Shown here piece after piece: positions 52,385 to 62,602 of a stretch of DNA of 64,000 nt. The stretch is from Tortispora ganteri (Eukaryota): NCBI GenBank assembly GCA_003707115.1, contig PPNB01000004.1, forward strand, positions 496,001 through 560,000. Direction: 5' to 3'. A program made the position numbers and the translations under genes. Below the pieces are notes generated by a model. That model worked only from the letters and a program-made list of their open reading frames with translations, did not search any database and was not told where the DNA came from. Within the stretch, counting starts at the first letter, position 1. Every line of letters starts with the position of its first letter.

Positions 52385-53746
52385 CTGTAACACAATTATA
52401 TGTAAACTTGTGATTACAAAATAAATGCATATCAGCTAATGGCTTTTCAACTGTAGTATATAAGTGTGTATTTGTCGAACGCGATTTGGGCTATGGTTGG
52501 TGATTCGGTATTAACTTAATTTGGGTTGCCCATTATTTCAGCAGTCACAACAATCACATAGAGCTACAGGCCTAAAACAAGCAAGCATGCAGACCATATG
52601 AAGCTGGCAGTTTTTAGTTTGCTATATAGATACATTTGAATAAAGTTCCTCACCGAGGGCCTAAGCTAAGTAGCTACAAAGCTCATTCTCGATACCAAAA
52701 TGAATCCTGAAAAATACTACTTATTCTAGCGGCGGCTCAAAAGTATAATTGCTCATAAGGTTTTCCCCCTCCCCCCATCACACTCGCTTGGAACTCGCCT
52801 TTTCACGCACTCACGCACCCAAGCAAAAAACCCACCCACTTACTCATTCTCGAAGTTCTTTCCTATATTTTCTCCTTCTACTGTCTTAACAGGTTTGATT
52901 TCTTTTATTTGATTAGCTAAGACCTGTTTTTGTTTGTGTAAGATTCTAAAAGACCTTATAAGCACATCGCATCCAAAAAAAAAAAGCCTAGACAGAAACC
53001 CCTTTTCTAGTCGCACAAAAGAGATAAAATCTACTACCTGAACTGTTGGTCGCCAATTCGTTCACCTATACTATTTCTTCCCTAAAAGCACCAAATCTGC
53101 TTCCTACAAGAAATACAGTTGAACAGTATTGAATCATCTGAAATAGCCCGACCTGAACCATTCCACAGGTCTACTCGCTTCCTTACCCCATTTAAGTAAA
53201 GAAAGAGAATTACCTGAAATTTTACTTCAAAAGTAGTCGCTCGGCATCACCAGAATTACACAGCTTCAGTTTATCATTCTGTTTGTCTCCCGAATACTTT
53301 CCTACTTATTGATTACAAGCCCCTACCTGCGTTCTTTTTTTTTCTGCTTCTTTCGAGGCTGTTAATAACCAATAGGCCTCGACTAAACCCAGCACCTTTT
53401 TTACCCTGTGTTTTTTGGTCGCTGCTCTACCACTTTGTGACCTTTTATCGTCTGCTGATTATTTTTACTCAGTCTAAAAGGAACTTAGATCCACCGAAAA
53501 CAATTTCTTAGGTTTCTTTTATATACAAAGTGAAAGAATTTGTGGATATTTAAACTCTCGGCTTTTCTTGCCATTTCACTAATATCTAAGTCACTTTCCT
53601 GTCTCTAACTGCACCACATTTTGCAGCACCGATTTTCCCTTCTCGTCAAACTCAGAAGGCCCAGAATAGCTATATTCAGGACTAAATTAATCTTTGTGAA
53701 GTCCATAATACTCTCAGACGATTTCTGACTCGAAAGAGAGCAAAAT

Positions 53747-55840
53747 ATGACTAATACAGACCCACATTCTCCAACAGCGTCAGTTGCTAAGACAGACCAA
53801 AATGTCACTGATCTCTCTAAAGATCTTTCAAGCATCTCTTTAGGCAAGTCGCATCCATCAAGTTCCACTTCTCTTGCCCCTGCTCCGCCACCCGCGGTGA
53901 ACGCTTGGAAAGTACAAACTCCTGCTAGCGTCGCCGAGATTTCCGACGAGTCTGTGCTTACGCTTGCCTCTACCTCTGTCGAATCCAATGAACAACTGTC
54001 AGCTGAAACATCGTCGAACGTGAAACTTAAGCGATCTGCTGGAAAAAGTAAATGGGTTAAGTTGCCTCAAGATTTTATTGAGCCTCCCTCTGCCTCTCTA
54101 TCGTCTGCCCCAGCCAGTGGATCATCTCCTGGTGCTCCTTCTTCTGCTAACTCAGCTGCCAATATTAATACGATTACGTCACAACCGGAGTCCTCCAGAT
54201 CTGAAAAACGCAACAATGGCCAAAAGAAAAACAACCGCAATCGACAGAATCACAACTCCAATGCACCCTCCAATGGTTACAAGAACAACCAGTCTTTGAA
54301 CATGCAGTATTACCGATCGGATGACGCCAAAAGCTCTTCTGCAAACAGACAGTCTTCTGTGAGCATTGAGGCTAAGCACCACCGCTCAGGAAACAATGGT
54401 AATAACTTTAGATCTAACCGCACTGCTGGATTGAACTCGGATCATTCTTCTTCTGACCTTAACGATTCCATTTCCAACGGTAACACGTCTGGGGTTTCAA
54501 GCTCAAACTGGTACCGTGACTATCAAAATAATGACAAAGCTCGTCACAAATCATTTCCATCTAATTCCTATTCTCAAGAGTTTCAAGGCGGAAACCGCAG
54601 ACAACGTGCTAGTGCCCCATTTATTGCAGGCCCGAACATTCCGAGTTCTTCTCCGCACATGCCGCCTCCAATGTTTTTGCCGCCTGGATCAATGGGTTTC
54701 ATGCCACCTCCTTATACTCCTGTACCATTTCGTGCACCTAATGGACTTATGTATCCAATGCCAATGCCTATGATGCCTCCTAATATGCCGAACTCAGGCT
54801 TTGAGGGAGGCCAAGCCGTTCGACGCAATTCTGAAACTTCTTCAGCTAGTCCAAACAACCAGGCATCTCAGACTACCTTACCTTCAGAGGATTTACCTGC
54901 AAGATCCGAGCCTCAAACTGCAGATCAAATGTCATCTGGTTATCCACAAGTTCCTAGCTCATTCCCGATGGTTGTACCTCCTGAATTTATGTATATGCCA
55001 CAGATGGTGCCTCCTATGCCTCAAGGTTTGATGCCTCCGGCCCCACTTATTCCGATAATTGGGCAACTTCGATATTACTTCTCTGTTGATAACTTGATCA
55101 AAGATATCTACTTGAGAGGTAACATGAATTCACATGGTTTGGTACCTCTCTCTGTAATTTTGGCGTTCCAGAGGATAAAGAAATTTACTGGAAATGACAT
55201 GGCAATGCTTAAGGATGCAGTTAAATATGTTCCTGAAATTGAGCTGTTTGGCGATCATATTCGCCTCAGATTCGAGTGGGAAAAATGGGTCATGCCTATG
55301 GAGTCACGTACTGATGCCGGAAAAGACGACTCTGTTGTTGCTAAACCTTCTGTAGTGACAAACATCACTCCGGAAACTGTATATATCATTGATCAAACAA
55401 CTGGCGGCGATAAGGAAAGTACAGAGCACTTCTATGAACCATCTGTTCCAAATTCTCCCGTTCCGCGTCTTGCAACATGTGACCAGCCTGTTGGATGGAC
55501 AATCTATGATGAAATTCCTGATAATGCTGAAGGCCTTTCTTATGCGCAATATTCCAAACGACTGGCGGATAGTGAAGTTGATAAAGGCGCATTGATTAGA
55601 TTTTGGCGTTATTTCCTTGAGTTTAATTGGAATGAAGATATTTTCAACGATTTTGAAACATATTTACGGCAAAACGAAGATATATATGCCAGGGAGTCTC
55701 TTTATCGCTTAGCTATTGCATTGCAAGCAAAGAATGGTTATATTCCTCCTAGATTATGGGAGAATGCGCTTCAGTATGCTTCATTTGACCGACAAGCTAA
55801 TCGTTTTTATGGTATCCATAAGTTCGGCTTTCCTGCGTGA
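53747..55840 (+). CDS. SRO9: La-related protein (Sro9/LARP1 family) with La motif and degenerate C-terminal DM15 region
   Basis: PAPPPAVNAW and KWV N-terminal motifs; La motif QLRYYFSVDNLIKDIYLRGNMNSHGLVPLSVILAFQRIK; DM15-like LIRFWRYFL..FNDF...YGIHKF. Confidence 0.88.
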   Translation: MTNTDPHSPTASVAKTDQNVTDLSKDLSSISLGKSHPSSSTSLAPAPPPAVNAWKVQTPASVAEISDESVLTLASTSVESNEQLSAETSSNVKLKRSAGKSKWVKLPQDFIEPPSASLSSAPASGSSPGAPSSANSAANINTITSQPESSRSEKRNNGQKKNNRNRQNHNSNAPSNGYKNNQSLNMQYYRSDDAKSSSANRQSSVSIEAKHHRSGNNGNNFRSNRTAGLNSDHSSSDLNDSISNGNTSGVSSSNWYRDYQNNDKARHKSFPSNSYSQEFQGGNRRQRASAPFIAGPNIPSSSPHMPPPMFLPPGSMGFMPPPYTPVPFRAPNGLMYPMPMPMMPPNMPNSGFEGGQAVRRNSETSSASPNNQASQTTLPSEDLPARSEPQTADQMSSGYPQVPSSFPMVVPPEFMYMPQMVPPMPQGLMPPAPLIPIIGQLRYYFSVDNLIKDIYLRGNMNSHGLVPLSVILAFQRIKKFTGNDMAMLKDAVKYVPEIELFGDHIRLRFEWEKWVMPMESRTDAGKDDSVVAKPSVVTNITPETVYIIDQTTGGDKESTEHFYEPSVPNSPVPRLATCDQPVGWTIYDEIPDNAEGLSYAQYSKRLADSEVDKGALIRFWRYFLEFNWNEDIFNDFETYLRQNEDIYARESLYRLAIALQAKNGYIPPRLWENALQYASFDRQANRFYGIHKFGFPA

Positions 55841-56791
55841 TAATGACCACTGTCCCGCTTCTTTATGGACAATGCGTTATGTTCCTGAGAAAGCCCGATA
55901 ATAAAAAGAGCATGTACTAGTCTTTTTGAAAGATCCTCATTAGTTATACTTTGCATGGATTTGTTCGAATGCCATCTCGATAGTTTTCTATTTGGATAAA
56001 GATAAAGATTGTCAGTACATGTGAAACACAGAATGTATATTTCTATCATTTAGTTGGATGCAATGTTATCACATTCCATGTGCACTTTGTTTATATCTTT
56101 ACTGATTAAATGGATAGAATTTTACTTGTCTTGAAATGTGAATTGAAGGATGTGCAATGACTTTTTCTGAATGAGCGTTGTGTACCCGTCCGCTTGAGAA
56201 TCAATGAAAGCAGATTATGTTGCGGAATCTGTAATTCGGCCTTATCTTCCTGTCTGCGGGGAATTAGAGCGTATGTATTTTCGTCTTCATTTCTGACATA
56301 AATATCTAACTTGTTGGAAGTTCTTGTTACATGAATGTTCTTCTTTCGTTATCTCTCTTGCCGTTTATAAAGATTCTGAAGCTAAGAGTTCGAATCACTG
56401 GCAGCTTTAACATTCCTCTTTGGTTTCAGCCTATGCCAGCGTTTATATAGACGGCATGATATACATTCTTGTGGTACGAAATTCAGCTGTGAATAAATGA
56501 AGAGCAATGTGAATAATTTATGCTTACATAGTTCTATTATATATAAAATACATACACGAAATGATGAAGGTGAGCTCATATAAATAGATCTTTCTCGATT
56601 ATAAAGTTTTCTACAACGAAATTAACCCTAACTCTGCTGTTTGAATTCGCTGGTGAATCTCTCTAATTTTCTCGGTAACACCAGTATCACCAAACTATTA
56701 TCCTGTACCTATACTGCTGTCAATATTCCTATCAGACTTTTGTTTGTTCAACAGGAATTTTGAAGTGCTATTGATTTAACTTATTTTACAT

Positions 56792-59254
56792 ATGGCACAA
56801 GAGAGTAATGGCGCAGCCGTAAAGCCCGTGGTGCTTTCTCCTAAAGATGCTGCTTCTTTTCGCGCAATGGTGAAGCTTTATGAGTCTAAGAACTATAAGA
56901 AAGCTCTCAAATCTGTAGAAGGTTTATTAAAAAAATACCCTACTCATGGTGAATCACTCTCGATGAAAGGTTTGATTCTGTCGTTCCTGAGCAGGAAAAA
57001 TGAAACTCCGGAGTACCTCGACAAGGGAGTGCAGTATGACCCGACTAGCTACTTATGTTGGTACGTGAGGGGACTTTTTTACAAAAGCGAAATGGACTAT
57101 GATGAGGCACTGAGGTCTGTAACTAATGCTGTTAAGTATGGTCCATCAAATACTAATGCGGTCAAAGAGTTAGCTAATCTGCAAATTCACAAGCGTTTAT
57201 ATAAAGCTTATGTTATAACGCGAAGCAATTTGCTTCAAGCTCAGCCAACGTTGATTTCAAGTTGGACCTCATACGCCATTGCTAAAGAGCTTAGTGGTGA
57301 TGTTAAAGGAGCAATAGATGTTATAAACTCGTTTGTTGACTCTTTAAGGGTAGTTCCAGAACCTCGAACTGACCCTGCTTTTGCTGAAGCCATAACCTAC
57401 CGAAATTCGCTTTATTTCACTTTACAAGACTATGAATCTGCTCAAAAAGATTTAGAAATGGTTCAAAGGCATGGCTTAGATAATCTTTACCTATTAGAAG
57501 CAAAGCTAAAACTTGCCTTGTGGGAAATGAAGATTTCTAAAGGATCCGATGCTTCTGCACAAGCAGCTGTAATGGCTGCGATGAATGCTATTCAGTTTAA
57601 CCCGGACGATAGTAAATATTACGCATACCTTGAGGATGCTCTAGGCTATAATCGTTCGAAATTATCAGAAAGGGATGAAGATGCTATGCGAGAGTATAGT
57701 GTTCTTTATGATAATCTCATTGAGCAGTTTCCGAAAAGCTTAGCGGCTAGAACAATCCCTTTGGAAGTATTCCCCGCAGGTGGAGAATTTGAAAAGTTTG
57801 CCAAGTCTTACATTTCTTCGATGTTGAAAAGAGGTGCACCTTCTTTATTTGTTAGTCTAAAATTCATTTATACTGATGAACTGAAGGTTTCCTGTGTTGA
57901 AAGAATTGTAACCGAGATTTATGAGAAATCATTGCTAGATCCTGATGCTATGCCTACTACAACAGTTTGGGCATTGAATTTTCTGGCTAAGCATTACGAT
58001 GCTATGAACCAACGTCAATTAGCGCTGGAAAAAATCAATGAAGGACTGGATCACAGCCCAACATTAATAGAATTGTTTCTGAGTAAAGCAAGAATATTAA
58101 AGCATCTTGGACGCTATAAAGATGCCAGTGCAGTGCTAACTGAGGCGCGAAAACTTGATCTTCAAGATAGATTTGTCAATTCTAAAGCAGCAAAGTACAA
58201 TCTCAGAGCAAATCAAATCGATGAAACTCGAGCAACTATTTCATTGTTTACAAAGAATGATAAAGAAGGAGATGGTATAGGAGATTTGAAAGACATGCAG
58301 GCACTCTGGTTTATTAGAGAAATGGCTGCTGCCTATAAACGTTTAGGTGTATTAGCTCTAGCGGCAAAGAGATATCGCAATGCCATTGATATCTTCAAAG
58401 AATGGTATACTGATCAGCATGACTTTCATGCTTACGCTGCACATAAAGGCATTATTCGGGCTTACACGGATTTGATTCGCTGGGAAGATCATCTTTATGA
58501 AGGCCATGTATTTGCGGATATCTGCTGCGAACTGATAGGCATCTATTTAGAAATTTTTGATAATCTCAAGGGTAAAGATGAAGAACAGAAGAAAAGGTTG
58601 GTAACGGTTCCCCCTGAATTCAAAATCAGTGCAACTGGATGGGCTACTGAGGATGTTGATCGTGACGGTGAACAGTTTTTGCAGGATAATGATCTATTAG
58701 ATGAGGCATCCAAGTTAGTTAATATTCTTATCAAAGAGCAATCAAAATCTCAAAGCAGTTGGAAATGCTCTTTTGAAGTTCATTTACGTTTGAAGAAGTT
58801 CGTGTTGGCGTTACAGGCTATCAACCGCAGTTTGAATCTTCCAGATAAGGGTGGCGATTGGTGGCTTGCTTCTGCAATTGCGCGACTTAGAATGGCAGTT
58901 GCGCAGGAAACTGATCCGAAAATTCTTCCGGAGGCTATTAAAAGCGTTATTGAAAAGTCTCTGCCGAGTGAGTTTCGAAATGTTCCCACTGAAGACGCAG
59001 TCAAGTTTCTAACCGATATTGGAAGCAATTCTGAGAGTGATGATCGAGAAAAATGGAGCGTCATTGAAGCTTTACTTCAAATCAACTGTACTGCAAATGC
59101 CTTAAAATGTTTAAACACTTTGAAGCTTGACAATATAAAATGCTGCGAGTGTGGATTAGCTATTCTTCAACGCTATGAGAGCAACGAGCTGATAGAGGTA
59201 TTGAAGAAAAGATGTTCTGAAGATTACAAAGATGCTGATTTCTATCAGTATTAG
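56792..59254 (+). CDS. NAT1: NatA N-terminal acetyltransferase auxiliary subunit (NAA15)
   Basis: YESKNYKKALK, HGESLSMKGL, HSPTLIELFLSKARILKH, LDLQDRFVNSK and DQHDFHAY. Confidence 0.95.
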   Translation: MAQESNGAAVKPVVLSPKDAASFRAMVKLYESKNYKKALKSVEGLLKKYPTHGESLSMKGLILSFLSRKNETPEYLDKGVQYDPTSYLCWYVRGLFYKSEMDYDEALRSVTNAVKYGPSNTNAVKELANLQIHKRLYKAYVITRSNLLQAQPTLISSWTSYAIAKELSGDVKGAIDVINSFVDSLRVVPEPRTDPAFAEAITYRNSLYFTLQDYESAQKDLEMVQRHGLDNLYLLEAKLKLALWEMKISKGSDASAQAAVMAAMNAIQFNPDDSKYYAYLEDALGYNRSKLSERDEDAMREYSVLYDNLIEQFPKSLAARTIPLEVFPAGGEFEKFAKSYISSMLKRGAPSLFVSLKFIYTDELKVSCVERIVTEIYEKSLLDPDAMPTTTVWALNFLAKHYDAMNQRQLALEKINEGLDHSPTLIELFLSKARILKHLGRYKDASAVLTEARKLDLQDRFVNSKAAKYNLRANQIDETRATISLFTKNDKEGDGIGDLKDMQALWFIREMAAAYKRLGVLALAAKRYRNAIDIFKEWYTDQHDFHAYAAHKGIIRAYTDLIRWEDHLYEGHVFADICCELIGIYLEIFDNLKGKDEEQKKRLVTVPPEFKISATGWATEDVDRDGEQFLQDNDLLDEASKLVNILIKEQSKSQSSWKCSFEVHLRLKKFVLALQAINRSLNLPDKGGDWWLASAIARLRMAVAQETDPKILPEAIKSVIEKSLPSEFRNVPTEDAVKFLTDIGSNSESDDREKWSVIEALLQINCTANALKCLNTLKLDNIKCCECGLAILQRYESNELIEVLKKRCSEDYKDADFYQY

Positions 59255-59446
59255 TATACATATTGATTGAAACTACCTCGTGATCGTCAATAGCGATATT
59301 AGCTTTTAAAAAGAACGCTTAAGGTGTTTGAAATTTTGATATGAAGTAGACAGAATCTCTAGGTTTCCGAGACATATATTGAGATTGAGAGCAGATATGA
59401 ATTCGTGGTATGGGAGCGCAACTGGGCGGATATTTTGCGGCAGGAT

Positions 59447-60082
59447 CTAAAACATATTAGCCACATGACGAGCTCCTAGACGTGATATCAATGTAAGACC
59501 CTGAGATCCCAGGGGGACATAGGAAACGACGTAGTATAATGACGCCACTATCTGACCAACTGCTGCTAATAGAGTTAATAAGGTAGATTTCAAGGCTATT
59601 GCGAAATACAAGGTTAAAGCTATTGAGCCTATATAGGCCGCGGAGAAGAGGCGTCTCTGAGGAGAGATAAGGTGTGAGAAAAAGTATGAGAACCCTTGTA
59701 GGAATGCAAACGCAGTAATGAATAGAATAGAGCCAATCGACCATAATAAAGCAAACTTTCGAGGTTTTAGAGCGAGAACGGGAAACATAAAAAACCCAAA
59801 TACAAAGCATACGGCCGTACCAGCGAGGCAAGCCGCGCATATCAGAATTCTATCCCATCTCGACAAACCAAGCATGTCGTCAAACGATGAGGCAATACTG
59901 CTCTGAGTTTGCGGGTTAGATTCAAGGTTTCGAGCATCCGAACCTGGTATACGCACGAAGTCTTGGATGTAGTTTACAGGTGCACTATTTGTAATAGAAC
60001 CCCAAAAGCCCCTCGAAGAAGATTCATCATTGCTCTCCTCAGATCTAAAATCAGCTAGTGCAGATCTAAAACGATCAGACAT
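59447..60082 (-). CDS. SFT2: Got1/Sft2-family vesicle transport membrane protein (probable start ATG 60082)
   Basis: LSRWDR, LKPRKFALLWSIGS, HLISPQR and YYVVSYVPLGSQGL. Confidence 0.92.
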   Translation of the reverse strand: MSDRFRSALADFRSEESNDESSSRGFWGSITNSAPVNYIQDFVRIPGSDARNLESNPQTQSSIASSFDDMLGLSRWDRILICAACLAGTAVCFVFGFFMFPVLALKPRKFALLWSIGSILFITAFAFLQGFSYFFSHLISPQRRLFSAAYIGSIALTLYFAIALKSTLLTLLAAVGQIVASLYYVVSYVPLGSQGLTLISRLGARHVANMF

Positions 60083-60722
60083 TACTATTGGCAAAAAAAA
60101 TATAAGGCGTGCGAAGTACGGTGAAGAGAACCTAAGCGCAGTGAAGATAGTGGGGGAATGAAACCCAAAAGCGCGCGAAAGCCGGGGGAGAAACGAACGA
60201 CGACAGTAAAGATTACAGGGTATTTACTCACGGTAAAGATCTTTCACATAAAATTGAGTCAAATCCCAGTGATACATTCTATTATTTGCACTTTTGAAAC
60301 AGAAAACTCGAAGTAAAAGTTATTAGTTCAGCGTTTCAACTGGTCTAAAGCTCGGCATTAAGTGGAGGGCAACCGGCTCAAGGGACTTGGCGGTTGAACA
60401 TTATAGGAGCAAAGAAGGTATAAAAAACATGCTCGCTTTCAAACTTCTCAAACTCGATGACTAAATTGCATAACGCATTAATATAACAATTAAGATTTTT
60501 CGCTTCTCTACCGAATAAGGTTCCGAGTAATGATAACTGAGGGGCAATTGCGCGCAATCAATATTGATCGTATCAAAGGTGTAAGAAGTTATCAAAGCAG
60601 GGCTCACAAGTGTATACAACATTGGACACATGATAGTCAGGTCAATATTAAAAAAATGGGGACAGAACCATTCATCTTCATTTATCTCTATTCTGCAGAG
60701 CGGAACAAGGATAAGCACAGAT

Positions 60723-60744
60723 TAAGGGTCCAATAAGGGTCCAA
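60723..60744. repeat. Perfect 11-bp tandem duplication TAAGGGTCCAA x2
   Basis: Read directly in the SFT2/bHLH intergenic region. Confidence 0.85.
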
Positions 60745-60928
60745 TCGTATATATCTCTAGATTTGTAACGTTCGCTGCAGATTGAGATAAAAAATATATT
60801 TTGAAATCCCGTAGATTAAAAGACTTTAAATAAAAAGATTTCTGCTCGTTGCACACCCCGTACTCTATGCAAACTGCACTTTAGCTAACAGATAACAACT
60901 AAAGTATTCAAATACAGCACTTTGTATA

Positions 60929-61915
60929 ATGAACCGCGTTCAGAACGTATTTTTAGCCGAAAATAATCATGGAGATACTATATCCGTAGTCGACAAGCCA
61001 GAATCGCTGAAAAACAAAGACGCCAATTATGCTTATTTCAAGTCGAACGGCACTGGATCAGAAAGCGGCATATCGGAAAACGCCGAAAGAAATAGAGTAC
61101 CGATCAGACAAAAGCAATCACAAGTCACAGAGCGCAAAACCAATTCCGTTAACCTAATTGAATTTTCCAATCCTTTTCCGATGCGCGAAGCAAATCTCGG
61201 AATTGGCAATTATGCCATAAAGAAGGAGCACAAAGAAGAATGGAATATTGAGTATGAGCTGGAACAGCAAAATAAAGAAAATGGTTTCACTATGTGGGGA
61301 TCTCCTATGGAATATCAAGACACACGCATCAGCCCATTTGATAGCATATCGCGCACCTCGGTTGTGAGTGAGGTAACGTCTCAACTATCATCAGACTCCA
61401 TTACGCCACTGAATAGCCCAAGGTCCAGTCAATCTATTGCAGCAGGAGAATATCTCTCGATGAATAACATTTACAATATTGACTCGCACAGTTTCGCTAC
61501 CGCGGCAGCTGCAACTAGCGTGGTCACGGAAAATGTTAATATGAAAGAAAGGTCATTGAGTGTGGACTATACCCATATCAAACATATGCAAAAGCAAAAA
61601 ACACGTCGTGAGTCTCATAATGCAGTGGAAAGAAGGAGAAGAGACATCATAAACGGAAAAATTGAAGAACTGGGTAGTCTCTTGTCTGGCAATTATCGCA
61701 TAGTTCCCGAGATTAAAGGAGTGTCTAAGCAGAAGATTTCCAGTATTAACAGCCAGAGGCGTGAAGGTAAGCTTAACAAAGGCACTATACTATGTCATGC
61801 CGTTGAATATATGAAAGATTTGACACGAACTGTTGAGTACCAACGAGTGAAAATGAAACTGTTGCAGAAGGAGAACCTTGAGTTGAAAAATGCTCTAGAC
61901 AACAAAGAAAGTTAA
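60929..61915 (+). CDS. RTG3: bHLH-leucine zipper transcription factor, Rtg3/MiT-TFE-like
   Basis: RRESHNAVERRRRDIINGKIEELGSLL...NKGTILCHAVEYM plus a zipper. It is divergent from SFT2, as RTG3 is in S. cerevisiae (recalled). Confidence 0.7.
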   Translation: MNRVQNVFLAENNHGDTISVVDKPESLKNKDANYAYFKSNGTGSESGISENAERNRVPIRQKQSQVTERKTNSVNLIEFSNPFPMREANLGIGNYAIKKEHKEEWNIEYELEQQNKENGFTMWGSPMEYQDTRISPFDSISRTSVVSEVTSQLSSDSITPLNSPRSSQSIAAGEYLSMNNIYNIDSHSFATAAAATSVVTENVNMKERSLSVDYTHIKHMQKQKTRRESHNAVERRRRDIINGKIEELGSLLSGNYRIVPEIKGVSKQKISSINSQRREGKLNKGTILCHAVEYMKDLTRTVEYQRVKMKLLQKENLELKNALDNKES

Positions 61916-61962
61916 TGCAAAAATGCAGCAGAGAATACATTTAATTAGGAGAAGCAAAGAAA

Positions 61963-62520
61963 TCACTCTGCTTCAGCGGCAGCTTCTTCTTTAGCTAGTC
62001 CTTGTTGGAATATGGCTTTTCCAGTTAGTTTCGTAGAAGCAGTGTTTCTAGGAAATTCACTCTCAAATTTCATTCGCCATTCATTATAAGACTCTTTAGT
62101 AACAGGTGTTCCAAAAAATTTGGCTTGCTCTACCTTTTCTTGTTCTTCAAGTTCTTTTTCTTTTTGACGTTCGATAGCAATAAGTTGTTCCCTTAAAGCT
62201 TCTTCGACCTTATCTTTAAGCGTAGTTGCAAGACTAAATACCGATGGCATTCCAATATTAGCCTGGGCTTCAATCTCTAGATCTGATTTAATGTGGCTGA
62301 GTTCAGATTGACTCAAACTTGAACATTTTACGTCTAGTATAGGTATCTCCGTCTCAGGATATCCTGAGACAAAGATTACCGACAACGTAACAGTTTCGTT
62401 ATCATCCATTTCCAGGGGTAATGTGATATCAAGGTGTGTGTCATTATATACAGTTAATTCGCTGGGGTAAATTGAACGCAGGATCTCAATCTCCTGTTCC
62501 TGTTCTTCTTTATTGCTCAT
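61963..62520 (-). CDS. GIR2: RWD-domain protein Gir2/RWDD1 (start ATG 62520)
   Basis: EEQEQEIEILRSIYP, GYPETEIP, IGMPSVFSL, KFFGTPVTKESY.EWR and KLTGKAIF. Confidence 0.92.
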   Translation of the reverse strand: MSNKEEQEQEIEILRSIYPSELTVYNDTHLDITLPLEMDDNETVTLSVIFVSGYPETEIPILDVKCSSLSQSELSHIKSDLEIEAQANIGMPSVFSLATTLKDKVEEALREQLIAIERQKEKELEEQEKVEQAKFFGTPVTKESYNEWRMKFESEFPRNTASTKLTGKAIFQQGLAKEEAAAEAE

Positions 62521-62602
62521 GTCCTTTAAAGAGTGAAGGTGGAGTAGATGCTGAATTACTTGGGAGGAAGACAGCCAATTCTTGTAGCAAGTAATCCAGA
62601 AA

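Noticed and set aside
55902..56791. Long T-rich gap between LARP1/SRO9 and NAT1 as a possible ncRNA locus
   Set aside because: No tRNA, snRNA or convincing snoRNA box pattern seen; most simply a long 3' UTR plus promoter. A covariance-model search would be needed to exclude an ncRNA.
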